From an uncultured Chloroflexia bacterium (GTDB taxonomy: Bacteria; Chloroflexota; Limnocylindria; Limnocylindrales; CSP1-4): 64,000 bases of DNA. Shown here in pieces: positions 29,664 through 39,656 of this stretch. The notes beneath the pieces are model-generated. The model had not been told where the DNA came from, did not search any database, and saw only the letters and a program-made list of their open reading frames with translations. The stretch covers positions 704,001 through 768,000 of the forward strand of contig CAVVJT010000007.1 in the NCBI GenBank assembly GCA_963748625.1, given 5' to 3'. The position numbers and the translations under genes were made by a program. Within the stretch, counting starts at the first letter, position 1. Every line of letters starts with the position of its first letter.

Positions 29664-30842
29664 CTAGAACCCGAGCGGCAGGTGGAGAAAGCCGCGCAGG
29701 TTCTGCTTCGTGATCCGCTCCGGGGTGCCCGAGACGTCGAATTCGGGCACGCGGGCCAGGAACCGCTCGAACGCGATCTTCGCCTCGAGGCGCGCGAGCG
29801 GGGCGCCGATGCAGTGGTGGATGCCCTCGCCGAAGCCCACGTGGCGCTTGATCCTGCGGGCCACGTCGAAGGTGTCGGGGTCGTCGAACGCGCGCTCGTC
29901 GCGGTTGGCGGAGCCGAACAGGACGATGGCCCTGGCACCGGCAGGCGCCGTGGAGCCGTGGAGCTCGACGTCGCGGGTCAACGTCCGGGCGTTGAACTGT
30001 ACCGGCATGTCGTAGCGGAGCATCTCCTCGACCGCGTTGGGGATCAGCGACGGGTCCTCGACCAGGCGTCGCCGCTGGTCGGGGTTGCGGGCGAGAGCAA
30101 GGAGGCCGTTCGAGATCAGGCCTGACGTGGTGTCGATCGAGGCCTCGAACAGGATGAAGGTCAGGCCCACCGCTTCGGTGGTGAGGCGCTCGCCGTTGAC
30201 CTCGGCCAGGGCGATCTGCGTGACGAGGTCGTTGCGCGGGTGCTTCCGTCGGTCCTCGACCAGGTCCTCGATGTAGGAGCGGATCTTCGCGCCGGCCTCG
30301 AACGCCTCGGGCGGGATGCCCCGGTGATGCGGGGTGCGGGGCTGGGTCTGGCGCTGCCAGGCGTCGATCATCGGCAGGTCCTCGGCCGGGAAGCCGATCA
30401 GGACCGGGCCCACCTGAAGCGGGATCGGATAGCTGAAGTCCTCCACCGCGTCGAGGGAGCCAGTGTCGGCGAAGCGGTCGACCAGGTCGTCCACGATCTT
30501 GGTGACCTGGGGCTCCATGTCTTTGATCGCCTTGGGCGCGAAGATGTTGGTGCCCTGGACCATCTTGCGCAGCTCGTCGTGGCGGGGCGGGTCCATCACC
30601 AGGATGTTGCCGTCCGGCTCGAGCAGGTCCTCCATGAAGCCGTCGATGTCCACGTCCGGCTCCTGGGAGAACGTCCGCCAGTCACGCAAGGCGTTCTGGA
30701 CGTCATCGAAGCGGGAGATGACCCAGAGGTTCCAGCGGTCGTCGTGGTAGAAGGGCGTCTCGTCCCGCAGCTGCCGGTAGACCGGGTACGGGTCCTCCTC
30801 GTTGGCGCCGGTGTAGAACGGGTCGAAGGCGTACTCGGTCAT
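29664..30842 (-). CDS. Cytochrome P450
   Basis: DPPRH, EEMLR (ExxR), SANRDE, FGEGIHHCIG. Confidence 0.95.
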   Translation of the reverse strand: MTEYAFDPFYTGANEEDPYPVYRQLRDETPFYHDDRWNLWVISRFDDVQNALRDWRTFSQEPDVDIDGFMEDLLEPDGNILVMDPPRHDELRKMVQGTNIFAPKAIKDMEPQVTKIVDDLVDRFADTGSLDAVEDFSYPIPLQVGPVLIGFPAEDLPMIDAWQRQTQPRTPHHRGIPPEAFEAGAKIRSYIEDLVEDRRKHPRNDLVTQIALAEVNGERLTTEAVGLTFILFEASIDTTSGLISNGLLALARNPDQRRRLVEDPSLIPNAVEEMLRYDMPVQFNARTLTRDVELHGSTAPAGARAIVLFGSANRDERAFDDPDTFDVARRIKRHVGFGEGIHHCIGAPLARLEAKIAFERFLARVPEFDVSGTPERITKQNLRGFLHLPLGF

Positions 30843-30955
30843 GCTGGGGCCCCTGTGGTGGTGGCTGCGATCGCGCAAGGCTAGCGGGCGCGCGGGGTTA
30901 CTGCAACGATTCAGTCGTGGTGCGGCTGGCGTCGGGCGGATGCCCTGCACCGTAC

Positions 30956-31172
30956 GCCGCGATTCGATTCCTGCGCGTGAGATAGATCCGGCGATCCATC
31001 CCTGCGAGGATCGAATCGGCCAACAATCCAAGCACCTGTGGGGATGAGATCCGCTCCGGCCGTGCAGGTGTCACGCACCGAACCCCTGGTCCGGACCCCG
31101 AGCCCCGCACGAACAGCCGCGATTCGATCCCTGCGCGGATCGATCGGCCAAGTCATCCGTGTGGGAATGGAA
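30956..31172. repeat. Three imperfect copies of a palindromic element upstream of the P450
   Basis: GCGATTCGATYCCTGCGCG-like copies at about 30959, 30991 and 31119. Confidence 0.7.
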
Positions 31173-31241
31173 GCCGGCCCCGGCGGCCGGCGCATCCGGC
31201 CCCGGGCCTGGCCCTGGCCCCGCTGCCGGACGGGTGCGGGC

Positions 31242-31565
31242 TCAGCCCTCCGAGCGGTGGGCCCCCACCACCCGACGCCCGTTCTCGTGCGTCACCCCGA
31301 CGCAGCGCCCGTTCTTCTCGAACACGATGGCGATGTGGTACCCGGTCGCGCGCCACTGCAGGAGAATCCTGCCGTCAGGCAGCACGGTCTCCTGGGCCGC
31401 GGGGCCGACCGCCTTCTCGATCTCCCTGCGCGTCCTGCCCTTGAGGCTGCCGAGCGCCACGAACTGCTTGCGCAGCGCACGGCCCGGCGCCCGGAACACG
31501 AATGGCACCACGATCGCGACCAGGGCGGCGACAACGAGCAGTGCGACGACGAGGACGGGGTCCAT
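31242..31565 (-). CDS. Small hypothetical protein with N-terminal TM helix
   Basis: MDPVLVVALL...; merged with the upstream ORF in the track only through an indel. Confidence 0.65.
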   Translation of the reverse strand: MDPVLVVALLVVAALVAIVVPFVFRAPGRALRKQFVALGSLKGRTRREIEKAVGPAAQETVLPDGRILLQWRATGYHIAIVFEKNGRCVGVTHENGRRVVGAHRSEG

Positions 31566-31618
31566 GCCCTCATGCTGCCATGGGCGCGGCCCGCGCGCCC
31601 ATGGCATGCGCGTTGCCC

Positions 31619-33411
31619 CTAGCCGAAGGCCGCCTCGTTGACCAAGCAGCCCGTCGATGATCACGGGCTTGCCCGAGGAGACCACCTTGATCACGACCGT
31701 TCCACGACACGCCGCTGCGAACTGGCAGTCGTCGAACCAGGCGCTGAACCGCTGCCGGTGCCGGATCGTGGCCGACTGGAGGCTGATGGTGTCGAGCAGG
31801 TTCCCGTTGTGGTACACCCGCACGCTGCCGCAGTTGGGGCAGGTGGTGGCGAGGATGCCCAGGCTCGGTGCGTTCACGTGGTACATGCGCAGGCTCGCGA
31901 GGAACTGTGTCGACCGCAGGGCCGTGCCCAGGTAGTGCTGCGGGCCAGCCAGCTCTGTCCAAGCGCCCTTCCTGACCATCGACCGCTCATCCAGCGGCAC
32001 CGATGTGCAGCCGGGCGACTGCCACCGGGACGCGATGCCGTCCCGGTCCCGCGCCCGCACCGCGAAGCAGTACGTCATCCCGGGACGGCCCTGGAAGGTG
32101 GCGCTCGTAGCGGTCGTTCCCTTGACCAGCGTCCAGAGGTTCCGGCCCCCATAGCCGGCCCAGGTACGGCTGCGGTACGTGACGGTGTAGGAGCTGATGG
32201 GAGCGAACAGGCGTGTCGCACTCCACCGGAGCGGGATCCGGGTGGAGGTCACCCACGGCAGGTCGAACTCCATGCTGGCCGTGGGTGCGGGCGTCTCCGC
32301 GCCGCTGTCGCCCCAGCAGATCGCCCGGCCGTCGGTTCGCAGGGCGCACGTGTGATCGGAGCCGGCCGAGACCGTCGTGAACGTGCCCGCCGGCGCTCCC
32401 CGGGCGGGCGCGTCGTTCCCCTGGTCGTCGTACTCGTCCTCACCCCAACAGGCGAGCGTGCCATCAGGCCGGATGCCGCAGGTCCGACCCATGTCGCCCT
32501 GGCTCAGCGCGGTGAAGGGCCCCCTCGGGGCCGGGGTATCACTCCAGAGGCAGTTGACCTCACCGTCGACGTCGCCGTCCGCGCGGATCCCGCACCTCCC
32601 GCTGATCGCCTTGAAGACGCCGGGCATGCCTTGGGTGTCCTCGCCCCAGCACACGTGCGCGCCGTCGGCACGCAGGGCGCAGTCCTTCCCCATGCCGACG
32701 GTGACTGCGGTGTAGTGGGCGTCGGGTGGACCTGCTTCGATCCGCAGCTGCTCCCGTGCTCCCCGCCCGCGAACGTGCCAGCACACCAGACGCCCATTCG
32801 TCCGGATGGCACACGCGTGGTTCTGGTCGGCGCTGACGGCCGTGAACCGGCCCTTGGGGACCAGCGTCCCGACCATCCCCCAGCAGGCGAGCCGGCCATT
32901 GGTTCGGATCGCGCAGCTCCCTCCGTCGCCCAGGCTGATCGCCGTGAAGCGGCCGGTGGGCGGCGTGCCCTCACCTTCCCCCCAGCAGACGAGGGTGTGG
33001 TCCAGGCGGATGGCGCAGGTGTCCCAGCCGGCGCCGATCGCCAGCACGCGCCTGGGCGTGGCGTCCGAGGTGGGGATGACCCGTGCCGGGAGGGGTGTCG
33101 CTGTCGGGGACGGGGCGGGTGTCGGGCGAGCTGGCGCTGAGGGCGACGCCGTGGACCCACCGGCTGGCGACGCCTCAGGGGACGGGCTCGGCTGGGGGAC
33201 GGGCTCGGTCGGGGGACGGGCCGGGCGAAGCCGTGGACACCGGAACCGATGTCGCGGGCGCAGCCGCCGTGACGGGCCGTGGTGTCACCGTCGAACCTGT
33301 CGCCAGGCCCCCGGCCGACTGGCTCGGCGCCTCGGGCGCACACGCCTGGACGACGAGAGCGATGACCGCACAAGCCATCAGCGCAAGACCGGATCGCGTG
33401 CCGCATCGCAT
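31619..33411 (-). CDS. Putative lipoprotein with RCC1-like repeats and an FN3-like domain, frameshifted
   Basis: LVVQAC lipobox-like signal; repeated TCAIRxDGxLxCWG units; YCFAVRARD; indels near 33200 and 31642. Confidence 0.72.
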
Positions 33412-33532
33412 CGCATCCCCTCCGCAGCTCTCCTGCCCGTCCTGGCCGGACATCGGGATCATGGAGACGCGCCGGGTCGAAGGCCTGTGGCATCAGGATG
33501 CGGAACCACGGTCCATGTGGCACGCTGGGCAC

Positions 33533-34066
33533 ATGGTTGTGATCTTCGGGTGGGGCGGTGGCGACACGAAGGACCTCGGGGAGGTCGCTCCCGCGCGCTG
33601 CCCCAACTGCCACAACGATGTGTACCTGCACCACATCTCCACGAACAAGCAGGTGAGCCTGTACTTCGTCCCGATCGCGAAGTACGGAGGCAACCAGTAC
33701 CTGGCCTGCCCGATCTGCCGAGCGGGCATGGCGGTGGACCCGATGCACACGACGGCGGTGGACCAGATGCGCGCTGCGACGGCCTCATTCCGGCGTGGCC
33801 GGGTGCCGCAGGACTACTACGAGGCGACGGTCAGGGCGTTCTGGGGCAAGATCGGGATCACGCCGTCTGGTCAGCAGGTGGTCCAGCCGCCGACGCGTGC
33901 TGCCCAGGGGGCCGCAGGTCCGGGCCCCGTGTCGAGCGCACCAGCCGCCGCCGCGCCCAAACCCCCGCTCGCCGAGCAGCTGCGCCGCCTCGGAGAGCTT
34001 CGGGCGCAGGGCATTCTCACCGAGGAGGAGTTCGCCGCCGCGAAGGCGCGCCTGATCGGCGGCTGA
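33533..34066 (+). CDS. Zinc-ribbon plus SHOCT domain protein
   Basis: IFGWG, CPNC, LYFVPI, CPIC; C-terminal LRAQGILTEEEFAAAKARL. Confidence 0.85.
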   Translation: MVVIFGWGGGDTKDLGEVAPARCPNCHNDVYLHHISTNKQVSLYFVPIAKYGGNQYLACPICRAGMAVDPMHTTAVDQMRAATASFRRGRVPQDYYEATVRAFWGKIGITPSGQQVVQPPTRAAQGAAGPGPVSSAPAAAAPKPPLAEQLRRLGELRAQGILTEEEFAAAKARLIGG

Positions 34067-34121
34067 CGGCCGCCTGACCGGCGGCCTGACGGCCGCGATC
34101 GCCACCTGGCGCGGACCCGGC

Positions 34122-36500
34122 TCAGGCCTCCGGACGCCGCCGCGGGACGCCCGGGAACGGCTCGAGCAGGCCGAGCTCGATCGCCCGCTCGATCGCCTCG
34201 CTCCGCGTGGACGCGTCGAGCTTGCCGTAGATCGAGATCGCCTGGGTCTTCACGGTGTGCTGGGAGAGGAACAGCCGCTCACCGATCTCCTTGAAGGTGT
34301 ACGGCGTCGACAGGTTCGGGAGAAGCCGCAGCTCCGCGGTGGTGAGCGACGACGAGCCGACGAACGTCGCCCGGGCGTCGGTGACCCGGGTCCGAAGCTC
34401 CGCGAGCTGGGTCACAAGGACGCCGAGCTGGGGCCGGTGGCGGACGATCGCCTCGGCCTCCGCGACGACCGTCCGTGCGCCCGCGGCATCGCTCACCGCA
34501 AGGTACCCACGGGCGAGGTCCATGAGCGCAAGGACCGAGACCCACGGGGCCGCGTGCGAGGCGTGCGGTCGAGCCAGCTGGGCGTGGACGAGCTCCTGGC
34601 GTGCGAGGCGGAGATCGCCTTCGTGCATCGCCACGCGCGCCGCGGCCGCGTGCACGTGGATGGACGTTGCCATATGCGCAAGGACGGTCCGTTCGAACAG
34701 GTGGTGGCTCTCGCGCGCGTGAACGCCGGCCGCGATCCAGTCCCCCGCCGCCATCGCGAGGCTCGCGCGCACTGCAAGCGCGTGGAACGGGACGAGTCCT
34801 GAGGCGCGGGCGACCTCCACGGCATCCGCGAGCAGGTGGTCCGCCTGGATGCTGTCGCCCACAAGCAGGTGCGCCATCGCGAGCTCGTGCAGGGCGAGAT
34901 ACCGCCACGGGCTCGGCGGGCGCTCGGCCGCGACCGCCGATTCCGCGTCCGCGCGCATCTCCTCCGGGCCCCGGCGCGCCATGGCCGCCCGCAGCATCGC
35001 GCGCGAGGAGGCGAGCGAGGCCGACCCGTCGCCCGGCGGTCCGTGGAGCACCGCGCCCTCCGCGACGTCGGCGGCCCGTTCGGCCGCCTCCGGCTGGCCA
35101 CTCAGCGCATACAGCCAGCCGGCGAGCACGGCGAGCACGGGGTACCGGTGGAGGTTCTCGGTGCCGTACCGCGCGAGCCATCGCTCGAGCTGGTCGGCGT
35201 GGCCGCTGTACCAGAGGCGGAGAAACACGGGCGCGAGGATCTGCGCCCCGAGCTTGAGGTCGCCGGCGGCGAGCGCATGCTCCATCGCCACCTCCGGGCG
35301 GCCGGCGGCCTGGTACCACGCCGCCGCGCGCTGGTGCAGCTCCGCGATCTGCGTCGGCTGGCGCTGCTCGATCTCGGAGATCAGGAAGGTGCGGAGGAGG
35401 TGGTGGTAGCGGTAGGCGTGCGCGCTCCCCGCCCGGCTGATGAGCTGGCTGGTTCGCACGAGCGTCTCGAGCGTCTCGCCCGCCCCGGGCAACCCGACGA
35501 CGGCATCAGCGAGGGCCGGCTCCACGACATCCAGGATCGAGGTCCGGGCCAGGAACGACAGGGCATCGGGCGTGAACGAGGCGGCGAGCTCCGAGCGCAG
35601 GTAGTCCGCGATGTAGGTGTCGTCACCGGAAACGGCGATGGCGACCCCGGATCCCTCGCGCGACCGTCGCCTGGCGAGCGTCGCCAGGTAGATGGCGGCC
35701 GCCCAGCCCTCCGTGGCCGCCACCAGCTCGTCCGCCTGGGTCGCCTCGAGCGCCACGCCCATGCCCGCGGCGAGCTCGCGGGCCTCACGGGCATCGAGCG
35801 CGAGATCGGTACGATCGAGCTCGAGGAGCGCACCCTGGACCCTGTACCGCCCGAGGGGGATGTCCGGCACCGTCCGGCTGCCCAGCGCCACTCGCGACCC
35901 GTACGGCAGGTGCTCGAGGATGGCGGCGAGCACGTCGAGACTCCCACGGTCGGTCACACGCTGGAGATCGTCGATGACGAGCAGCGTCGGGGCACCCGGC
36001 TCATGGAGGCACCGGGCGAGCGACGCAGCAGACGCCGGGCGAGCGGCTGCATCCGGCTCCGACCGGGTGCCCGCGGCCCCGGCAACGCCGACAGGGCAGC
36101 CGATGGCGGCCGCCAGCGAGCGCACGAGGACACTCGGCTCGTTGTCCAAGTCGTCGAGCGTGAGCCACGCCGCGGACCCGTCCGCGGTGGCCAGCAGCTG
36201 CGCGAGGAACTCCGTCTTGCCGTAGCCGGGAGGTGCGACCACCGTCACGATTGGGGCGCGGGAGTCCGCGCCCAGCCGCTCGATGAGCCTGCGGCGCACG
36301 ATCGTGCGCGCGTAGACGGCCGGCGGGTGCAGCTTGGCGTCGAGCAGGCCGGGGTCGATGGCGGACTGCGGGACGGATCCGGTCACGGCGGGCGGCTTGG
36401 CAACCGTTGGGGCTGTTGCGCGGACAGCGACGGGCGTGGTCCTCGTCAGAAGCGTGGGGGACTCGGGTACGGCTGCCTCCCCGGGCGGCCCACTCATCAT
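34122..36500 (-). CDS. MalT-like ATP-dependent LuxR family transcriptional regulator
   Basis: KLHPP, APPGYGKT, AWLTLD, TEGWAA, YRYHHL; C-terminal LTTAELRLL...IYGKLDASTR. Confidence 0.92.
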   Translation of the reverse strand: MMSGPPGEAAVPESPTLLTRTTPVAVRATAPTVAKPPAVTGSVPQSAIDPGLLDAKLHPPAVYARTIVRRRLIERLGADSRAPIVTVVAPPGYGKTEFLAQLLATADGSAAWLTLDDLDNEPSVLVRSLAAAIGCPVGVAGAAGTRSEPDAAARPASAASLARCLHEPGAPTLLVIDDLQRVTDRGSLDVLAAILEHLPYGSRVALGSRTVPDIPLGRYRVQGALLELDRTDLALDAREARELAAGMGVALEATQADELVAATEGWAAAIYLATLARRRSREGSGVAIAVSGDDTYIADYLRSELAASFTPDALSFLARTSILDVVEPALADAVVGLPGAGETLETLVRTSQLISRAGSAHAYRYHHLLRTFLISEIEQRQPTQIAELHQRAAAWYQAAGRPEVAMEHALAAGDLKLGAQILAPVFLRLWYSGHADQLERWLARYGTENLHRYPVLAVLAGWLYALSGQPEAAERAADVAEGAVLHGPPGDGSASLASSRAMLRAAMARRGPEEMRADAESAVAAERPPSPWRYLALHELAMAHLLVGDSIQADHLLADAVEVARASGLVPFHALAVRASLAMAAGDWIAAGVHARESHHLFERTVLAHMATSIHVHAAAARVAMHEGDLRLARQELVHAQLARPHASHAAPWVSVLALMDLARGYLAVSDAAGARTVVAEAEAIVRHRPQLGVLVTQLAELRTRVTDARATFVGSSSLTTAELRLLPNLSTPYTFKEIGERLFLSQHTVKTQAISIYGKLDASTRSEAIERAIELGLLEPFPGVPRRRPEA

Positions 36501-36552
36501 AAGCAGGTGGCCCGGCGGGGTCCACCCGCGTCGGGCCGAGCCGCTCGCCTTG

Positions 36553-37833
36553 TCAGCGGCGCCCGGTCCCCGCCCACGACGTCCGGGCCGCCGTCGGCTC
36601 GACCGCCTCCTCCAGTTCGGGTGCGCCAGGCCGCAGCGAGGCCATCAGCCGGCCGTAGCGGGCGGCAAGGGGACCCGCGGTCAGGCCGTGCAGGATCACC
36701 GACAGGAGCACGGTCCAGGCGACTGCCGCCGGGAGCGGCCCAGGATCCACGCCGGCCTCCTCGAGCCCGGAGAGTCCGATGACCAGGAACACAATCGATG
36801 CGAGGCCCCGCGGACCGAACCAGCCGATGAAGAGCACCGTGACCGGCCGGTAGCGCTCGCCCAGGAGCGCGATGGCGACCGGCACCATCCTGAGCACGGT
36901 CAGGCTGAGGACCGCGTAGACGATCGCGGCCGGATCCCACAGGTCGGTCAGGATCGTGCCCGCGAGCGAGAGTCCGAACGCACACCAGACACCGATCGCG
37001 AGCAGGGACCCCTGCGTCTCGGTGAACCCGACGGCGTCCTCGTCCTGCTGACGCGTGCCGAACCCGAAGGCGAGACCACCCACGAAGGCGGCGATGAAGC
37101 CGTTGCCGCCGGCGCTCACCGCCACCAGGTACGAGCCCAATGCCAGCGCGAGGACGAGCAGCTTGCGCGAGACCGGCGAGGTCCAGTGCCGCGCGTCGGC
37201 AACTGACAGCAGGAACCCGCCGCCGAGCCCGATGAGCACCCCGGTCCCCACGCCGATTGCCGTCTCAGCGAGGGCACCAGCGATCCCGCCCCCGCCGGCC
37301 GCCGCTTCGGAGATCGCGAGGGCGAGCGCCAGGAACACGAAGGGTGTCGCAATCCCGTCGTTGAGACCGCTCTCCACGTTGAGCACCCGGCGGATTCGGG
37401 CGGGCACGTTCGGGTTGGTGACCACGGGCTGGCCCAGGGCGGCGTCTGTCGGCGCGAGGGCCGCCGCGATGAGCATCGCGAGCCCGAAGGAGATGCCCGG
37501 GAACAGGAGCAGCGCGCCTGCCGTGCCCAGGGCGATCGTCAGGAGCAACCCGACGACCAGCAGGCGGGTGACCGTGCCCGCGTCCCGGCGCAGGGCGCCG
37601 GCCCGGATGGAGGAGGCATCGGCGAAGAGCAGCAGCGTGAGCGTGATCTCGGCCAGGACCTTGATGGCCTCGGCGGTCGGCTCGAGCGAGATCCTGCCGA
37701 TGACGTCGTCGGCCAGCACGATCCCGATGAGCAGGAACACGAGCGACGGTCCGATGGACCACCGCTCGAGGCGGGCGGCGACGAGCGCGTAGCCCGCGAC
37801 CAGCAGGGCGAGCAGGGCAAGGTCGGCTTCCAT
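36553..37833 (-). CDS. CPA1/NhaP-type cation:proton antiporter
   Basis: LAPTDAALG, NVESGLNDG, GWFGPRGLAS. Confidence 0.92.
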   Translation of the reverse strand: MEADLALLALLVAGYALVAARLERWSIGPSLVFLLIGIVLADDVIGRISLEPTAEAIKVLAEITLTLLLFADASSIRAGALRRDAGTVTRLLVVGLLLTIALGTAGALLLFPGISFGLAMLIAAALAPTDAALGQPVVTNPNVPARIRRVLNVESGLNDGIATPFVFLALALAISEAAAGGGGIAGALAETAIGVGTGVLIGLGGGFLLSVADARHWTSPVSRKLLVLALALGSYLVAVSAGGNGFIAAFVGGLAFGFGTRQQDEDAVGFTETQGSLLAIGVWCAFGLSLAGTILTDLWDPAAIVYAVLSLTVLRMVPVAIALLGERYRPVTVLFIGWFGPRGLASIVFLVIGLSGLEEAGVDPGPLPAAVAWTVLLSVILHGLTAGPLAARYGRLMASLRPGAPELEEAVEPTAARTSWAGTGRR

Positions 37834-37840
37834 CGAGTTC

Positions 37841-38731
37841 TCAGCTCCCGACGTTGTCGGGGGCGGACCGGCGCGTCGCAGGATCTGGCACCGCGGCCGC
37901 ACGCTTCCCGATCCGGCCGGCGATCAGGATCAGCACGACGGGAATCGTCAGCGCTCCCACGAGCGTGTAGACGATGGTGTCGCCGCCGATCGAGGCCGCG
38001 ATGACGAGCGCCGCCGCGATGTTGCGGTTTGCTGTCGCGAGCCCCATCAACGTGCGCTCGCCCGACGGGCGCCCGATCCCGGCGAGCCACCCACCGAGCA
38101 GCCCCACCACGAGGATGATCGCGAGACCCACGAAGATCCAGGTCCCGATCGAGCCGATCACCTCGCGCCAGGTCAGCAGCAGGGCGCTCCCGATCCCGAG
38201 CAGCAGCCCCATGGTCGATGCATGGCCAGCCCGGCCGACCCAGTCATCGGCCAGCTCCGGGTAGCGGGCGCGCACGAAGAGCCCGAGACCGAGCGGGATG
38301 AGCATGAACAGCACGAGCGACTGCGCGATCGACAGCGGGTCCACCGTGGCCCCTTCGACGGCCAGCGGCACGACGATCGGGGCGTAGCCAATGGTGACGA
38401 CCATGAGGAGGACCATCGCCCCGACGGCGAGGGCGAGGTTCGACTTCGCCAGCTGTGCGAGCTTGGGCAGGAACGGTGCGCCGCCCACGCACCCGATCAG
38501 CACGATGGCCGTCGCCGCCTCGGGCTCCATGGGCAGGAGGCGCGCCGCGGCGATGGCAGCCGCCGGGACGACGATGAAGTTGACGGCGAGCAGGGCCACG
38601 ACGAGCCGGACATCGCGGAGCGGCTGCGCGATCCGCGCGACGGTCAGGCCCAGGCCCATCGCGGCCATGCTGCCGACCACGAACACGAGCATCGCGACCT
38701 GGGTGATGACCTGGAGCGTGTCCGAGAGCAT
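37841..38731 (-). CDS. Bile acid:sodium symporter (BASS) family transporter
   Basis: SMAAMGL, NFIVVP, GAPFLPKLA, RNIAAAL. Confidence 0.87.
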   Translation of the reverse strand: MLSDTLQVITQVAMLVFVVGSMAAMGLGLTVARIAQPLRDVRLVVALLAVNFIVVPAAAIAAARLLPMEPEAATAIVLIGCVGGAPFLPKLAQLAKSNLALAVGAMVLLMVVTIGYAPIVVPLAVEGATVDPLSIAQSLVLFMLIPLGLGLFVRARYPELADDWVGRAGHASTMGLLLGIGSALLLTWREVIGSIGTWIFVGLAIILVVGLLGGWLAGIGRPSGERTLMGLATANRNIAAALVIAASIGGDTIVYTLVGALTIPVVLILIAGRIGKRAAAVPDPATRRSAPDNVGS

Positions 38732-38759
38732 CAGGGCCTCTTTCGTGCCGGTGGACGAG

Positions 38760-39116
38760 CTAGTGGTCGAGGGGGTCGTTCCGCTCCAGCGCGGTCTCGG
38801 CATCGTAGCCTGCGGCCAAGGCGATCCGGGGGGCGGCCGAGACGATCCGTGCCGATCCTACGACGCCGGCCACGGCCACGAGGATGGCGAACGCGTCCTC
38901 CAGGTCGACGCCGGCACGCCGGGCGGCGTCGACCTCAATCTGGAACAGCGCCTGGGGTGCGTCGAAAGCGACAAGCGCCGCAAGGCGCAAGAGGGTCTCG
39001 GTGCGTTCGTCAAGCCTCGGCACGCCATCGCCGAGCCCGTCCGGATGACCGATCGCCCGAATGAGGGCAGCGTCCCCGGCCGTCAGCCGACGAAACGCTG
39101 CCTCGGTGGTCTGCAT
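38760..39116 (-). CDS. Carboxymuconolactone decarboxylase (AhpD-like) family protein, no CxxC
   Basis: LDERTETLLRLAALVA, ARRAGV, VGSARIVSAAPRIALAAGYD. Confidence 0.75.
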   Translation of the reverse strand: MQTTEAAFRRLTAGDAALIRAIGHPDGLGDGVPRLDERTETLLRLAALVAFDAPQALFQIEVDAARRAGVDLEDAFAILVAVAGVVGSARIVSAAPRIALAAGYDAETALERNDPLDH

Positions 39117-39159
39117 GCTGCGACTCGCTCTCGCTCCGGGGCCACCACAGCGTCGTCGG

Positions 39160-39549
39160 TCACAGCCCCTCGTGGTGATCGCCGATCGGCAGGCCCGCCT
39201 CCTTCCAGGCGGCGATGCCGCCGTCAAGGTTGGCGACGTCCAGGTAGCCGAGCGTCTTGAGCGTGGCGGCGGCCAGCGCTGCCCGCACCCCGGACCGGCA
39301 GTAGACGATCACGCGGCGAGCCGGATCCAGCTCGGCCTTGTGGCGTGGGCTCGCAGGATCCGCTGCGAACTCGAGCAGACCCCGAGGCACCTGGACGGCG
39401 CCCTCGATGTGCTCCGACCACTCGGCGGGTTCCCGGATGTCGAGCAGCACGGCCTTGCCGGCGGCGAGCTCGGCCTGCGCATCCTGCGGTGAGATGTTCT
39501 CGAGGCCGATGCGGGCCTCAATGACAAGGTCGACGGCGGTCTTGGCCAT
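39160..39549 (-). CDS. Rhodanese-like domain protein
   Basis: LDIREPAEW, HIEGA, YCRSGVRA, LDGGIAAW. Confidence 0.92.
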   Translation of the reverse strand: MAKTAVDLVIEARIGLENISPQDAQAELAAGKAVLLDIREPAEWSEHIEGAVQVPRGLLEFAADPASPRHKAELDPARRVIVYCRSGVRAALAAATLKTLGYLDVANLDGGIAAWKEAGLPIGDHHEGL

Positions 39550-39610
39550 GGAACTCTCCTGGCCCGGCGCCACGCGGCTGCCGGAGCTGATGGACTGCTG
39601 CCCTGGCGAG

Positions 39611-39647
39611 CCGGGGTCCGGTCACGTGAGGTGAACGCGGACCCCGG
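39611..39647. other. Intergenic stem-loop downstream of the DszB-like gene
   Basis: CCGGGGTCCG / CGGACCCCGG 10-bp arms. Confidence 0.55.
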
Positions 39648-39656
39648 AGCTGCCCG

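Noticed and set aside
31242-33047. 601-aa RCC1 protein with a C-terminal TM domain
   Set aside because: One extra T near 31642 bypasses the TAG at 31619-31621; two genes are more likely
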